A stretch of 64,000 bases of DNA from Atractiella rhizophila (Eukaryota): positions 1-64,000 of the forward strand of contig MU271440.1 of the NCBI GenBank assembly GCA_021432655.1, read 5' to 3'. The translations under genes were made by a program, and so were the position numbers. Shown piece after piece: positions 43,440 to 59,477 of the stretch (position 1 is its first letter; every line of letters starts with the position of its first letter). The notes under the pieces were generated by a model. The model saw nothing but the letters and a program-made list of their open reading frames with translations. It made no database searches and was not told where the DNA came from.

Positions 43440-43726
43440 TCAGCAGGGGTACAAGTCTCCTGAGTGCTGAGTGCATCCGGCAGCCTTTTGGGCAGTAGTG
43501 CAGGCCGTTGGGTCTTAACGGCATCAATCAGCACGAGTACGAGGGGAGGGGGAGCAGGGGCGTACAGCAAAGCTCATACGTCTCGCCAGGGCATGTGCAC
43601 CAAATCGCGACAGGATCTGCCTGGCAGTGAGCTGGCTTACATCAGAACGCACTATGGACGAGACAAACCAGCAAGGGCTGGGGCAGCCATGATAACAGCA
43701 AAAAGAGCAGCGAGGGAGAACTTCAT
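43440..43726 (-). CDS. Small secreted cysteine-rich peptide A (60 aa)
   Basis: Introns 43617-43668 and 43514-43565 give MKFSLAALFAVIMAAPALA-DPVAIWCTCPGETYELCYPTACTTAQKAAGCTQHSGDLYPC*; TATATAAG ~50 nt upstream. Confidence 0.85.
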
Positions 43727-44216
43727 GGTTTCGTGATAGGTACGATGAGATAAATGGTGAAGAGGATGAAAGGCTTATATACTGCAGGTTCGGGAAAATT
43801 GACGGAACAGGACTGCGACCACGGACAAGAGGTGCATGAAGACTTGTAATCCCATGGGCAACTCGACTGATAGGGAAGGTTTCCGGATGAATCCATCTGG
43901 GAGTGAACAAGTCGACAACGCGACCGCCTCGTCCACTCCGAAGGATTTTTCAAATGTTACCGCCTGGAAATAAGGGTGGGATTACATTGCTTGATAAGAC
44001 AAGCAAGTTTAGCAAGGTGTCGAAGGAGTGGCGACCGCTCAGCACGGGCTCTGGAACGGGAGCACTGTCCTTCAAGGAACCAGGGCGTGCTGAAAGTTTG
44101 GTCGCTGGAACATAGAGGCTTCGGATCGTAACGGATATCATAATGCAACAGACAATCTCATGTCATATAACCCTTCACAAGCAACATGATAAAATCACGA
44201 CAGCCGGTCGATCCTT

Positions 44217-44505
44217 TTAGCAGGGGTAGGCCGAAGCGGTGTGTTGAGTGCACCCAGCAGCCTTTTGATCGGTTGTGCAGGCAGCGGGGTCTTGCAAAAC
44301 CAAACGAGAATGAGCATGAAGGGGCAAAAAGCAGAGGTAGGAACGGCGCACAGCAAAGTTCCCAGCTTTGCCCTGGATTTGGACAAGTACAGTAGACAAC
44401 CAAAGTCGCGTCTATTGGCAGCATGATCAATTCAGCTGCATTTATGTCGTCAAAGGACTCACTGGCACTAAAAGCAAGGGCGAGAAGGCAAGCAACAAAC
44501 TTCAT
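44217..44505 (-). CDS. Small secreted cysteine-rich peptide B (58 aa), paralog of A
   Basis: Introns 44412-44462 and 44291-44351 give MKFVACLLALAFSANA-TLVVYCTCPNPGQSWELCYPAACTTDQKAAGCTQHTASAYPC*; ATATAAAA upstream. Confidence 0.85.
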
Positions 44506-47328
44506 CTTGAATTTGGACCTTTCTCAAATATAGCAGATAGGACATGGCGGACTTCGTTGAGATTTTATATGAGTGATCCCACAAACCGAGTTCCACTGCA
44601 GGTCCTGAAGTCGTTCCTGAGTTGAATTGACCAAGGGTTTGGAATATCACGACGGAGAGCAAACAATACGAGGGAAGCACCGAAATCCACGGCCATTCTT
44701 CACACATCCAAACGTCGCTCTTGGCACATTCTTGAGTGCGCATGGCAGTAACGTGCTATGTACGGCCAGTGTGTACAGTCGCCACTGGTACATCACCTGT
44801 CCTGAACGAGGGGTATAAAAGGGTTGCAGTCGCAATGTTCCTCTGGGTGTCCATGAAGACTACAGGAGGATAAGACTTATCAATTCAAAGCACGTCAAGG
44901 GGGAAAGGAAGGTAGCAAGGCAGGTATGAACATGAGTCCCTCAGTACAGCTTCCTGAGGAGAAATTTGCGGGCAACCCTTTTGCCCTTGAGAAATATGGA
45001 ACGCACGGAAAGCGCTGCCTATTCCTCGAGCGAGCAGCCATCTTGAATCTGAGCTCTCTCATCCACCATTCTTTCAACCTTTTGTCTCTCGTGCGCATAA
45101 GAATAACTTGCAGAATATAATAAAGTGCTGGTAATTCACCATTGGTGCAGCACTTATGAAGTTGAAGCACATCTGGTGAAATCTTGTGCCATTGTTGCGA
45201 CATCTTTTGGGTCACGTGGGGTTAACTTCCACGGTCAGGAACAAGGATGAGGATGAGGGTGAGGAGCATGAGAATGGGAACGTAAAAAAGCAGGGAATGA
45301 GAAGACACAGACAGAATTCCATCGCGGTACCCATTCTTTATGAACTGGCCAGTGAGTTGGAGTTGTCGGGATCATTGATTAAGACAAGGATAAGTTTGGA
45401 GTTTCCCATGTTGCAAGACCAGTTAGAGTACGTTTTGCGACTTTGTTGCTTCTGTAACTCCTGCTTCATGTTGACTACTATAAGTGTGTTCATGTGGCAT
45501 GGACGTTCATGAGGTCAATGCCGTATAGACGAAGGAATATCCTCCTTTGATACATACTCTAAGCTGTTGTATCCCCATAACTTTTGTCTGTGCGTATCAC
45601 ACGGCGTATCATTTCAGGCTTCACAGCCTCCACCTCGGCGATTGGCGCTTCATTGCATGACTCGCGATACTCTTTCAGTAATGTCTTTTTTTCAATTCGA
45701 ATATCCCGTGCGAGGACATTGCATTTGCAGGCGTTCCCATAAAGGTTGCAAGCGCGTGTGGTTTTGTAGCCGTCTGTGATGATACAGAAACTCCCATCAG
45801 ATCACAACGTGGAATACGGTGGGACAATGGTCTATGTCAAAGAGAACGGAAGGATGCTTCTTATTTCTTTGCTAGCTGGGAGTCGAGACGCCTTCGCTCA
45901 TCTCCATGCAATACTGTCTGGTATTGAATGGCCGCTGAGAGAGGAACCCAGATGTTCTTTAATACATTGGGAGAGAATTTCGTTGGGTTTCTTTGTAGAT
46001 CACCGTCCAAAAACGATCCTTCATCACGCAATGAGCGGAGCCTAACCCAAACCGAGACGCAATGTTTCCTGGTTTCCTGCGGTTCTCCTTTCAGCGCGGT
46101 TATCTTTGAAGCCTTTGAACAACGAGGAAGGCTTTGCTGTTACAAATACCAAAGATAAACAAACACGGATAGTTTCATAGATTCCGGCTGCTAACTTCCT
46201 CTCCCGAAGTCGCAGATGGAGGAGTTATTAAACCAAAGAAGCTTATCGAGGTGCGCAGTGTCATTGGGATGTGTCGTGCAAGGAGAAGTGGGGACGGAAA
46301 CTATTGTACTGAGTTCATTCAAACGCAGGCAGCATGGAGTTTTGCGCGTCCCTCGCCATGGGAAAGCTGGACTCAGGGCTGGAGACGGAGGCGGCGCTTG
46401 ACGGAACGAGGCTCGTTAGTGTGGTGGCTCAGGTGGCAGGCCATTCACCATTCGCTGATGAAACTAGAAGTGCCTAGTTAGTACGCAGCTCGTATTTCTC
46501 TTCTCGTCCGAAACAAAATATGCGGAGGGTGCAACCGTGAACGGTCTGTTCACTCGGGTAGGGCTGTTGCTCTTTGAATTCATCGCACCTCCTCGTAGAA
46601 CGACTTCAATAGGTGAAGGACCGACTGATAGGCAGAACAGTCATCATTTTTCATGCTCTAACATTGAGACTTGATTGAGACCCTCCATCCAGGGTCTTCC
46701 CCACCTCGGTCGAACTCCTGAATCTCCCTAGGCGTCATTTGGTTGCGCTGCCAGATCGAGCCCAGATTGATCGTTACCATTGATATTGTATTGATCAATA
46801 ATTCTCGAATCACTCTATTTCAGAACCTAAAGTCTTCTGAATATCTCCTCTGCAGCTATCTCGGTTTGTCACAGAGACCAACAGACCAAATGAGAACTGC
46901 AAAATGATGTGGGTGGGGCTCTCAGAGCGGTCCACCCGATCACAGAACATCGATCGCCTTCCACACTACCAGTCTGATCGAGCCTGAGAACGAGAGCACT
47001 CACCAGTCGCTAAGACCTGCTTACCGAGGGAAGTCGTCAGATCGTCAGATGTCGCTCCTGACAGCACTGTTCTACTCCAGTTCTTTCCAGGTAATGCTGA
47101 AGAAGACCAAACCTCATTCATTCCGTACCGAAGAGCTGCAGAAGAAGTGGCTTGAACCCTGGATTTGATCTTGTCGAGATCTGGAGGGCAAAGTGGCAAC
47201 TCAGTGACAAACGTCTTTAAAAGCAGGTTGCAATTTTGCATCGAAACAGGCGACCATTTCTCCTCTACACCCAAGACATTTGCCACTCTCGCCACAGTCA
47301 AAACAGCTTTGTTCAGATTGCGTTCGAT

Positions 47329-48997
47329 ATGCCATCTCAAGCCTTTCGAACTGTGGTTATCCCCATTGGTAAGTCGGATTTGCTTCTTGTGGCATATGGT
47401 TTGACTGTCTCCACAGTGATTGGGACCTGGTGAGCGACTTGGCAAGGGGCGTCAAAATAGATGCTGACCGTCCGTAGGACAAACGCCGCTTTATGGGGTT
47501 TAGAAGTGTAATTTTTATTCCTTGGGCTTTGAGGCATCGTCTAATAAGTCTGATTTAGGTGCATGGTGTACCTGTACTATTCACGCGCATGTTCGAGGGA
47601 TGGACCGCTGATGCGAACTGCTGTTGCCATCGTGCGTTTCTTTTTTCACATTTTTAGGACACAGATTGACCGTAGCCAAGTGCACAATTGTCGACACAGC
47701 TTGTACAGCTGTGACCATGTCTTGTAGGCTGTTTCCCCTCGTTGTTAACCCCCTGTTCTCCTTTCTGACCAAAATGCAGGTGTTTATGGCTACACCGTCA
47801 CAAATTGGGGGAATGAAGCTTATCTCTTACGTCAAGGTAAGCTCCGATATGTTGTGTTAGCACAAGAGTCGATAACAGTATTGCAGGATGGCACTTTCCT
47901 GCATACGTTCTTCTTACTGGTCAATATTTTCCTTCCATTGAAAGAAAACGCCTTGACCCCTGCCTTAGCCACGACCGCCATCGTCGTGCAGAGCTACTTC
48001 ATCCAGCGCTACCTCCGCCTATCTCGTAATTTCATCGTCACTGGGCTGTTGGCAATTCTGTCTTTGCTTGCTTTTGCCGGCTCTATAGCGCTGTCTTCTA
48101 TAGTTGCGAGATATCCCGATTATTCAGAAAGAAGCAAGATCAAGATTCCAGCCATTCTGTGGGCGGGCTCAAAGGCTGTTTGTGGTTCGTCTCTCTGTCC
48201 GCTTGAATACAACACTTCTCCTGATCCTTTGGGGTTTAGACACCGCAATCGCATGCACCTTGATTTTCCATCTTTTGCGATATCGAGCAAATAGGCAGCC
48301 ACTGCAACGTGCGTTTGACGATTTCATTGCTGAAAGTTACCTGATGCCGCGTCGTAGACACCAGAAAATTGATTTCAACGCTGTGCGTCCTTGCAATAGA
48401 GACAAGTACCCCAACAGCCGTTGTATGTCGCACTTTTTTAGATCAACTAGAATTGAATCCCTCTTCAGATCGCCTCTGCAGGATTGATAACGTATCTCGA
48501 GAACAATTCAAGGTATGAGATCGTTATGATGCCTACTTCATCTGACAACTACGACAGCAACGCGCCGACGGGCATTCTCTTCAACCTTGGTCGTGCCTAC
48601 TCCATCACCCTCCTTATGAATCTTTTAATGAGAGAAACCCTTTCCACTCCTGGTCATACGAATGCAGACCCCGAGTTCGGGCTCCCGAAGTCTATATTGA
48701 CCACACCCAGTGTGCTCATGAATGCCATTGCGGTGCAACATGAGACGATTGTCGAAGTTGACAGGGTCAGTCTTCAATGTTTGGTTTATTTGGTTCGGTC
48801 ACAACAAGCTCATCAAGGGGCAGGAACGTCCTAAGGGCGAACAGTCTGGTGAAGAGCAGAAGCCAGTTCCCCTCAAATGCTCCCCAACCAGCAGCGATTT
48901 CGCTGTTGGGAAAGATATAGCAAGTGACCCGAACGCTTTTCAGGTCTCTTATCCTAAAGGATCTCGCACCTCCTCTCAAGCCTCGTTCACATCCTGA
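47329..48997 (+). CDS. DUF6534-type multi-pass membrane protein
   Basis: Spliced MPSQAFRTVVIPI|VIGTW|TNAALWGLEV|CMVYLYYSR...D, IVVQSYFIQRY, DTAIACTLIFHL, LAIETSTPTA, FNLGRAYSITLLMNLLMR. Confidence 0.8.
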
Positions 48998-49294
48998 ATT
49001 GTCCAACGAAACGAAACTATCAAAAGTGGTCGAAATTGGTTATCGTTATTTATTTTGATGTACCATATAGCTTACCCCACCGTATAGCATTGGCACCGGA
49101 GCTTGCTTTAATTTTTATCACAACCGCCAAAGGACGGTACGATCTTGCGCAAAGTCACCGATTCAGTGAGAAAATCGAAGTCATTTCAAGCTATCAGACA
49201 ACAAAAGGCTCGGCCCGAGTAAAGACAAGAATGAGAGACCGTGCAGAGATATTTCACAAACCCAAAAATTTAGGTAACATTAACATTTCGCATC

Positions 49295-50379
49295 CTATAG
49301 AAGCTCAAACTCGGTTCCAAATGCCTCCTTCCCGCTCATCTTCAGCACACCAAATCGCAATAGCATGGGCTCGTCACTCCCGTCCCGGTCCTCTCCTCCT
49401 CCACCTAGGCCAAAAAGGGCGGGATTGTGAAGTGACCCAAAGAATCCTTCGAAAGAGACGGGAAGAGGACGAAAACTTCTTCGTTTGAAGACAGAGACGA
49501 TGATGAAGGGAAAGTTAAGGAGCCAAGCTGTCGAGTAGGCAATGAAAATCGGCATTCGTCGATAGTCGAAGTGGCGCGAGATGGGGAGATGCAAGGACCA
49601 CGGTGCAAAAAAGATACCAGCAATTCCAAGGTAGGAAATGAATGCCTGGAGAAGGAGAAGTTTGCCGTTCCGCCACAGCTGTGAGTTGAAAAATGGTTTC
49701 GACGAGTGTAAAACGTCGAATGTGGAGGAGATCTCGCGAAGGCTAAGTGACTGTTCCTGGACTCGTTCCCTGCAAAACAACTCCCGCTCAACCTCAACTT
49801 AAAGTGTGACAACAAATTGACGCACCAGGCGTTTCTGCCCAGTACTGGGAGGGCAGCTCTGCGAATGGCGAGATGGAAGCAGAAAGCGAACAGAAGCTCC
49901 AGGGTAATCAAGCCCTCGAGTTCCAACCCCAACCCCGCTGGCGTCTTTCCATCAGCCCATTCCCCGACGCCGTGATGGGCAGCCGCGAACGCGAGTGCCA
50001 CGAGCAAATAAAAAAGGGGAGAAAGCGTATCTCTCTTTCTCGACCTCGAGGGGGGTGAAGGGGAAGGAGATGGGAAGGATGGTGTTGTGGGCACTCTCTG
50101 AGGCAGCTTGTAGTCGTCTGCAGATAGATGCTCAAAAGAAACGAGAGTGGGAGCTGGAGAGGAATTGATGGTTCGTATTGATTTTGTTATCGAACGAATA
50201 GACTTCGAGCTCAGTTTTGACGAGCGGCCGTGTCCGTTCGAAGAAGGAGCATAGAGAATGTAAGAATCGGGTTCAAGGTCCAGGGAATAGGATCTTGTTG
50301 GTGACGGAGGGCGGATTACGGGAAAGGGAGAGGGTGATGGGGAGGCAGGTTGAAAGTTGACCTCGCCAAATGGGAACAT
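49295..50379 (-). CDS. Uncharacterised fungal membrane protein
   Basis: S/P-rich N-terminus, TM segments LFYLLVALAFAAAHH and LELLFAFCFHL; an intron near 49780-49825 joins a second exon with further TM segments. Confidence 0.6.
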
Positions 50380-51237
50380 TTCTAGATTGATGAAGAAAGA
50401 GCGTCAAGGGTCAAAGGGAGTGAACGCAGAAATGGGCTGTTCTGCTTTTGAGGAAACGTCCAGGAATTCAAAGCAAAGGGAAGCTTGTCCCTTATCTACC
50501 CGTTCATGAAAAAGAAGGCTCGCCCAAACTTGCATCTCGCTGACTTTGTGCAGTGGGTCTCTGGGAACATGAACCGGAATAACCCACGCTTCCCCGATAA
50601 GTAACATGACTGTCCGACGTTCAACAGCGCCTCACTCACGCCACACAATGTGACTGTAGAAAGAACGACGTGAATACAACAGGAGGTCCAAGGATGTTTC
50701 AAAGTGAATGGCCAATATCCCAGTGTTCTGTTTGCAACATAATTCATGACTGCTGCGCAACTGATTGTGCCCAAATTACGCGATCACAGTCGTTGTTTTG
50801 TATTCACGTGGAGTTGTCGCGTCCCGCCTCACGGCTTGACATGATCGGTGGAGTTTTTCTCAAGGCATTTCGCGCAGACCTGAAGGCAACCTCGGCTTTG
50901 GTTTGTGCCATCAAGCCGTCCTCAGCCTCCAAGCATCCAATGCTCCGTACAGGCAGAACTGTATAAAACCAAATGTTTTGGAGGGATACCGCGGAGCATG
51001 AAGCAGAACTTTGGCTGCCGACCCTGTGATAAAGCACAGGAAAGAGTCTCACGCAATCCAGCCTGCAAGGTTGGAGATCTGATGCGTTGGAAAACCTACA
51101 ACCTGAGAACTATTATAAATAGCTGCTCTCGCAACTCAGCTCTGGAGAAACGTCGCTCAGAAGTTCGCAGGTGTGAAAGGATATCGAACAGGGATGCCTC
51201 ACGCAATCTTCTTTGTGAGAACAGAAGACATACACCT

Positions 51238-52082
51238 TCACCCCTTGACGAATATTCCAGCCTGATGCCACCACAAGCTCTCTCGGTCCTCCCCGTCCTT
51301 TCCAAACAACACGGTTTCTCCTTCGTTCCAGCACCCCACTTCCTTGATGAGCTTCACAGAATCCCTGTCCAGTTTGCATCCGTCAAAGAGCGTGCTCCAG
51401 ATCGGCGTCCAGATTCGTTGGAATATTCGAGACGAAGCAATGGGGGATAGGACGTGCTCATAGAAGAGGAAAGAGCCTTTCGGCGCTAGGACGGTGTCGA
51501 AAAAGGCTGGCATACGGGAGAGGGTGGAAGGAGGGAAGGAGCAGAAGGTCAGAATGGAAATTATACAATCGATTGATTGTGTCTGAAGCGGGGGCTGATT
51601 TTCCTCGCAAAGCGCAAGGACCTCTGCTTCGAAGTCAGATCGATGGAACTAGAATAGAGGAATGACGAACCTTCAACCGTGAGTGGAAGAACCATAATCT
51701 GATCCTGCCTCCATCCATGCGCCACGCCCATATTCAGTATCTTGTCATGCATATCTCTATTCGGCTCCACCGCGATATACACCTCCACCTTGTCTGGATC
51801 AAGATACTTGAGCGAGTGTCCATGTCCTGCCCCAATCTCAAGCACGCGACCTCTCGCCCTCTTCGAATCCGTCAGCAGTCGGGCCTTTACTGGAGCGCCA
51901 GCGGTGTCTGTCGGCTCGGAAAACGCGTCCCAAACGAAGGCGAAGAACAGGCGCCGCATTTGGAAAGGATGGAGGAGAAGGGATGGACGGGAACATACGG
52001 CATGCACGAACGGTGGGAGCGAAACACGGAGGGCGGCCCAGATGTCCCAGATGGGTGAAAGAAAAGTTTGGAGGAGAGGCAT
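51238..52082 (-). CDS. SAM-dependent methyltransferase, METTL7-like
   Basis: ARGRVLEIGAGHG (motif I), YIAVEPNRDMH, VLAPKGSFLFYEHV, W..LFDGCKLDRD. Confidence 0.88.
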
Positions 52083-53241
52083 TGTCGAGATCTGTGAAGG
52101 CGAGATCAGCGATCTGTAACGAAGAGAATATTGTTTCGACAAAGGGGCCACCATTATCAAACAATTCCTTTCGCCAACCGAGCGACAGGGTGATGAGAGA
52201 ACGCCAAGTAAGCTGAATGCCCCTGTTCCTACCTCTCCTTCCTGGCAGAGGTATATGAGCATGCCACTATCTCGTGAGCCTTGAAACAAACAGAAATATC
52301 GGATGGCTTCATAGGCACATCGACTCACATCATGAGCAGCCTGAGAGAAGGAAATACATTTAAACAGTCGGATGTGCTGAATTTATAAGGGACAGCGTCC
52401 GTAAAACGCTATCAGAAAACTTCTGCTTTCAAGTCGCTCTCCATCGCCTGATTAAAATATCCAACATTTTGAAAGGTAGTGAAATGGCGTGTATGGTATT
52501 GATGAAGTCTCGAGTGGAAACTCGAGCCACAATCTAACCTCCACCTCCACCTCGCGCTGCAAGAGGAAACTATGTAGACAAATAGAACTGGATTCCAAAC
52601 CTGCGAGTATTTACAACGTGCACCACAAAGCACAAGAGTGCTATCCCAAGAGGGCTTGACTGGAGAGGATGGAGAAGCAAGGAGTAGTGTGGCGGCATGA
52701 GAACCTGAACTCTGCCATTCGGGAGAACGTGAGGCTCTTCAGATTCAGATCTTCACTTTCGAAAATTATGACTGAGCTGCCTTTTTCTGTTGTTTTTAGT
52801 ATACGATCAAGTGCACAGGTCTCAGTCAACAAATTAACAATATGTGGTTTTTGAAGAGAAAACTGTGTGAAGAGAAAGCGAAACGGACCTGAGTGACTGC
52901 TCTCCGCTATACAATAATAAAGTTCAAATATTTCCTCCAGACTTCTTCACCTGGATTATTATTGTAATAAATTCAATGAGCTTGAAAAATCTGAAGGAAT
53001 CGAATTGGATATTTGAGATGACTCAGATTATAGAGTTCGTTCAATGTGTGCTGACAAAGGAATCCTACTACAAAGGGATCCGTGCACCGCCTCTCGGACG
53101 TTGGTGATGCCATAATGTTGTTAGCGCTAAATAGGCATTACCGCGAGGGGAGATTGGAGGCTGCGTTGGCTGTTGGAAAGATGGCAAAATGAACACCTTC
53201 CATCATCGTCGCTCGCGTGGTGACGAGATCGGCCTTAGGAG

Positions 53242-53254
53242 CCCTAACCCTAAC
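53242..53254 (+). promoter_or_regulatory. Short telomere-type tract CCCTAACCCTAAC upstream of the SRPK gene
   Basis: Two CCCTAA units ~180 nt before the first in-frame ATG. The sequence is certain; any function is not. Confidence 0.35.
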
Positions 53255-53434
53255 TGCTAAGTGGAGGCTCACTCGCCCTCAACCAATCAGTGTCTCACGA
53301 TCGCAATTCCACCATCTCCCATTCCTTCAGCCGTCACTAGCCTCACTACAGGCCTCCTGCTTCAGCGGGCATAGTCAGCCACATTGCCGCATACGTCGCA
53401 AACGGAGCCATTGTTGGAATCAAACGGACATATT

Positions 53435-55969
<2,535 letters not shown>

Positions 55970-56848
55970 ACCCGCTGAGTTTCGTGGTTAGGTTGAGATG
56001 CAAGAGAGATTGGGGACGATAGAAGAAGAAGTTATAGACAAGATTCCAGTAGTTCAAGACTGTTACCCTTCGCCGTCGCATATAGAAGTCAAAACGACCG
56101 TCACCTACACCTACACATACAGATCACGCCGCACCACGATATGCTATCATTGAACGAAACGGACCGATTCGAGGCGGGAATCGAGAGCGCCATCATAACC
56201 TGTTATTGCTGGCATATGGAACACTACCTTATCCGATCATCTATCCCCGACAGAACTATTCAACCCACTGTTCCAGTCAGCGGGTTCTGCTCGCCTGTTC
56301 GTTCTACTCCCACCTCCCTTTTTTAACCTCCAGACTATAGAGATATGTTGTTGTGTTTGCTTTACTCTTCTCCGCTTGCTCTTTTTCCTTGCTCAATCAA
56401 ACCTTGAATTTCCGTTTATGAGTGATTGGATACACATAATGACTTCTCTTCATCCTGAATGCGAAAGGTGTTGTATCACTTCACTTTATTTCTACTGGAA
56501 TCTGAGCTACACGTTCCATATTTAGTACTTTATGTTTTTCTCTCCTTTCTCTCGATTCGCTACTCGGCTTTGACCTGACCCCTACCTGTGGTGGTTGGAG
56601 GGAATGATAGAAAGATGGTCCTGCGGCCCTGCTTCTTTGCTTCATATGTGAATGCGTGCCTTTTAACCCATGTCATCGTTTTGCTTGTGGCAACCTCTGC
56701 TTTTGATTCGAGTAGGGATGACGAAATTGTTGTTTAACTGGAGCTTCTGATAAGGATTGCCAGTCGTACATATTTCGTAATTGCAAACTAATTTCAACAG
56801 TCCGTGGGTAGCCCTACGTACCTAGAGGCTTCTGGGAGAAGACCTCCT

Positions 56849-57154
56849 TTACGATCTCATTGAAAGCGTACATACACTCCGGGACAGCCTCCCAAGCATC
56901 AAAGCAATCCATCCTCCGGTCGAAGTGCCCGCAAGCTTGTAAAGGTAAGAGAAGGCACAGCCGCCTCCATTGTTCGATTGAGAGGATTCGTAGACCTTGG
57001 TATTAACCTTCTTGATATCCGCCAGCCGTTTCTGCAAGTCAGGGTCGATCAACTTATTTCTGAGGGGCTCGCAATGCGACGTGGACGGCGGAATGATCAG
57101 TTGATTCGATGGAGGAACACTTCGTAGCTTTCCGCCGGAGTACGCAAGTTGCAA
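56849..57154 (-). pseudogene. Patatin-like phospholipase relic
   Basis: LAGTSTGGWIALMLGRL matches the fungal patatin G-x-S-x-G segment; no DGGGxRG motif or downstream domain could be found. Confidence 0.45.
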
Positions 57155-59477
57155 TCGGTGGACCTTCAGTTGAATCCCATTTGATTTGTTCGAAATAAAT
57201 CAGCGGGTTTCGCAACCTCGCCTCCAAGGAGGTACCTCGTCGGAACTCTGGGTTACCGCGTAACCGTGGATTAGTTTTCATTTAAATCTGGTGTTGCTTC
57301 GCGAGTTTGTTTCAGTATTTCTCTCGCCTGTGTGCGCCCCGTCTAGTGTACTGAGCCCGTATGACAAAGATGGCTGAGGCTCCTGGCCCCTCGCTCGCCA
57401 TCTATCTGCGGCTGAGGTCCTGCATCGATGAGCGGTATCTGTACTTAGTAGTATGCGATTTCCCAGCCTGTGTGATGCGAGAACAAGTTTGTGTTATGAT
57501 CGTGAGTCGAACATTTAGGTTTACATAATGTCAGGGAGCAGATGGTGCCCTTGCATGCAGGAAAAACGGAGGTGGCCTGTGATCATATCCCTTAACCTTT
57601 GGGTCTGTCCTCCATTTATCGCCTCATCGATTCCATCTATCCATCTTTGAATTACGGCCTTGTGTACGACATTCCAGATGTTACCCTCTAGGACGTTTCT
57701 CCTTCCATGAGCGCGAAATTGTCTGCATAAACGCCTGGGGATGGGAAGTTTATGCATTCTGTCCCATGCGTGTCCTTCGCGCCATGATCGGCTGCGGCGT
57801 TCAGTCTTGACACATTGTCATCACCTCCTCTGCGTGCCCTGACGTGTTTGAGCGTCAGTGGGGTTTGCGAACATTCGCAGAAGCCATCTGTACCAGAACC
57901 TGCCCGTAACCCACATGTCTGCATTGCCAATGCCTCTTGTCTCATTTAGTGCAAGCTCAAAATGCTCTTGCACTACTAGAAAATATTGTCGCACTTAGCG
58001 GATAACTTTTAACGACTTACTTATTCGACACATTCATTCAGCTAATAGTGTGATGCAAGCCATTGTGAAAAAGAGTGATTTGTGATGAGGATGTTAGTCT
58101 GGCGTCTAGCCTTTTGGCTGCTTCTAACGTGATCGGTTGTGGTCGGAGTCTTGTTGTGACTTTCGACACTATCAGTTGTTTTATGACCTTTGCAATGTCT
58201 GTGAGAGGCAGTGACTTGGACATTGTTAGTAGAGTGTATACGCAAATGACTGCCTAGCACTCCTTTTTCTCATTCAAGTGAGTCATCACTAATCGTTCTC
58301 AAAAATTGTGCCTTTTCCTCTGGCTCTGTGCCAACCAACCAGCATTTGACGGCATGTCTGTTGCCACTACTTCCCTAAATTCGTTGAGGAAGTACGCCTT
58401 CCTTCCAGTCCGTGCGGCTGCCATAGTATCTCTGGAAAGTCTCATACTTGAGGCATTTTCTCTGTGATCCTCCCATGTTTAGAACAAAGGGTGTTTCAGG
58501 GGTAGAAAGAAGTAGAAATGTTCAAAAGAATGAACTTCAGAACTCCATCATCCCACATATTGTCAACATCTGCTCTTACTTGTACAACCTTGACAGATCA
58601 TTGTCTAAGTGGCAATGGAGGTACGACCACAGTTTTAGGTTACTCTCTCCTATATCCTTTAGTCTTGCACTCACGAAGAAGCCTGGATCTTCATTCACCA
58701 TCTTGTCTAGCCGCTCCAGAATCGAGTTCGGTTAGGGACCAAGGTACCGTTTCTCCAACGCCAATCCGATTTCTAGAACAGACAAGATACGCTAAACTAT
58801 TGCCACTTGGTAGCTTTTCAGACATGTTTCATTTGCTCTCTTCACTGGTGCTCGAGATCCTCTAACCATTCGGCCCGACCTCGACTTCCTAACGATCTAT
58901 CGAAGATTCTCTACGTTCTCTCGCTCATGTATAAAGACACTACAGAGGGGACAAAGGTCAGACGAGACTCCCTTCAGCACCCAGAGACCGAATTCGCCAC
59001 CATCTTTGGCTGTCAGGTATGAAATCAGAGGGTCTGCAGTAACTTGAGGGCTGGCTCCTGCCATTGCTAACTATCCCACCGTGGGAGGATTAGTGAATCT
59101 ACTGCAGGGAACTGTGAGGAAGTGACAAGTCATTGGCGATGGAGGAGGAAAGTGAACATCAAATTAACGGAGGGTGGGGAAAGGAAAGGCGGTGGTAGGA
59201 GGTCCCAGTCCCATCATGTATCTATTTATCAGTTAAAGAGCTTCATAAAACTTCATGGCCATATAGCTTTATAATTGATTGCACCACCATCCCTACCACA
59301 AGTTCTGCTTGTAAAATGCCAACATTGAACACAAGTAGAAAAAACGAGAGACGAGCAACCAGCTGACTTGAACGATGAAAGTTACTGAAATATCAATAAC
59401 GAGTCGACAACACGAAGAACGATGAAATGGACCTAAACGACACACAAAAACATAAAAGTATTCAACAGCCAAAAATG

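Noticed and set aside
44800..47300. Short ORFs on both strands (e.g. 44895-45215, 46966-47445)
   Set aside because: No recognisable motifs or consistent splice structure; possibly decayed sequence, but not supportable.
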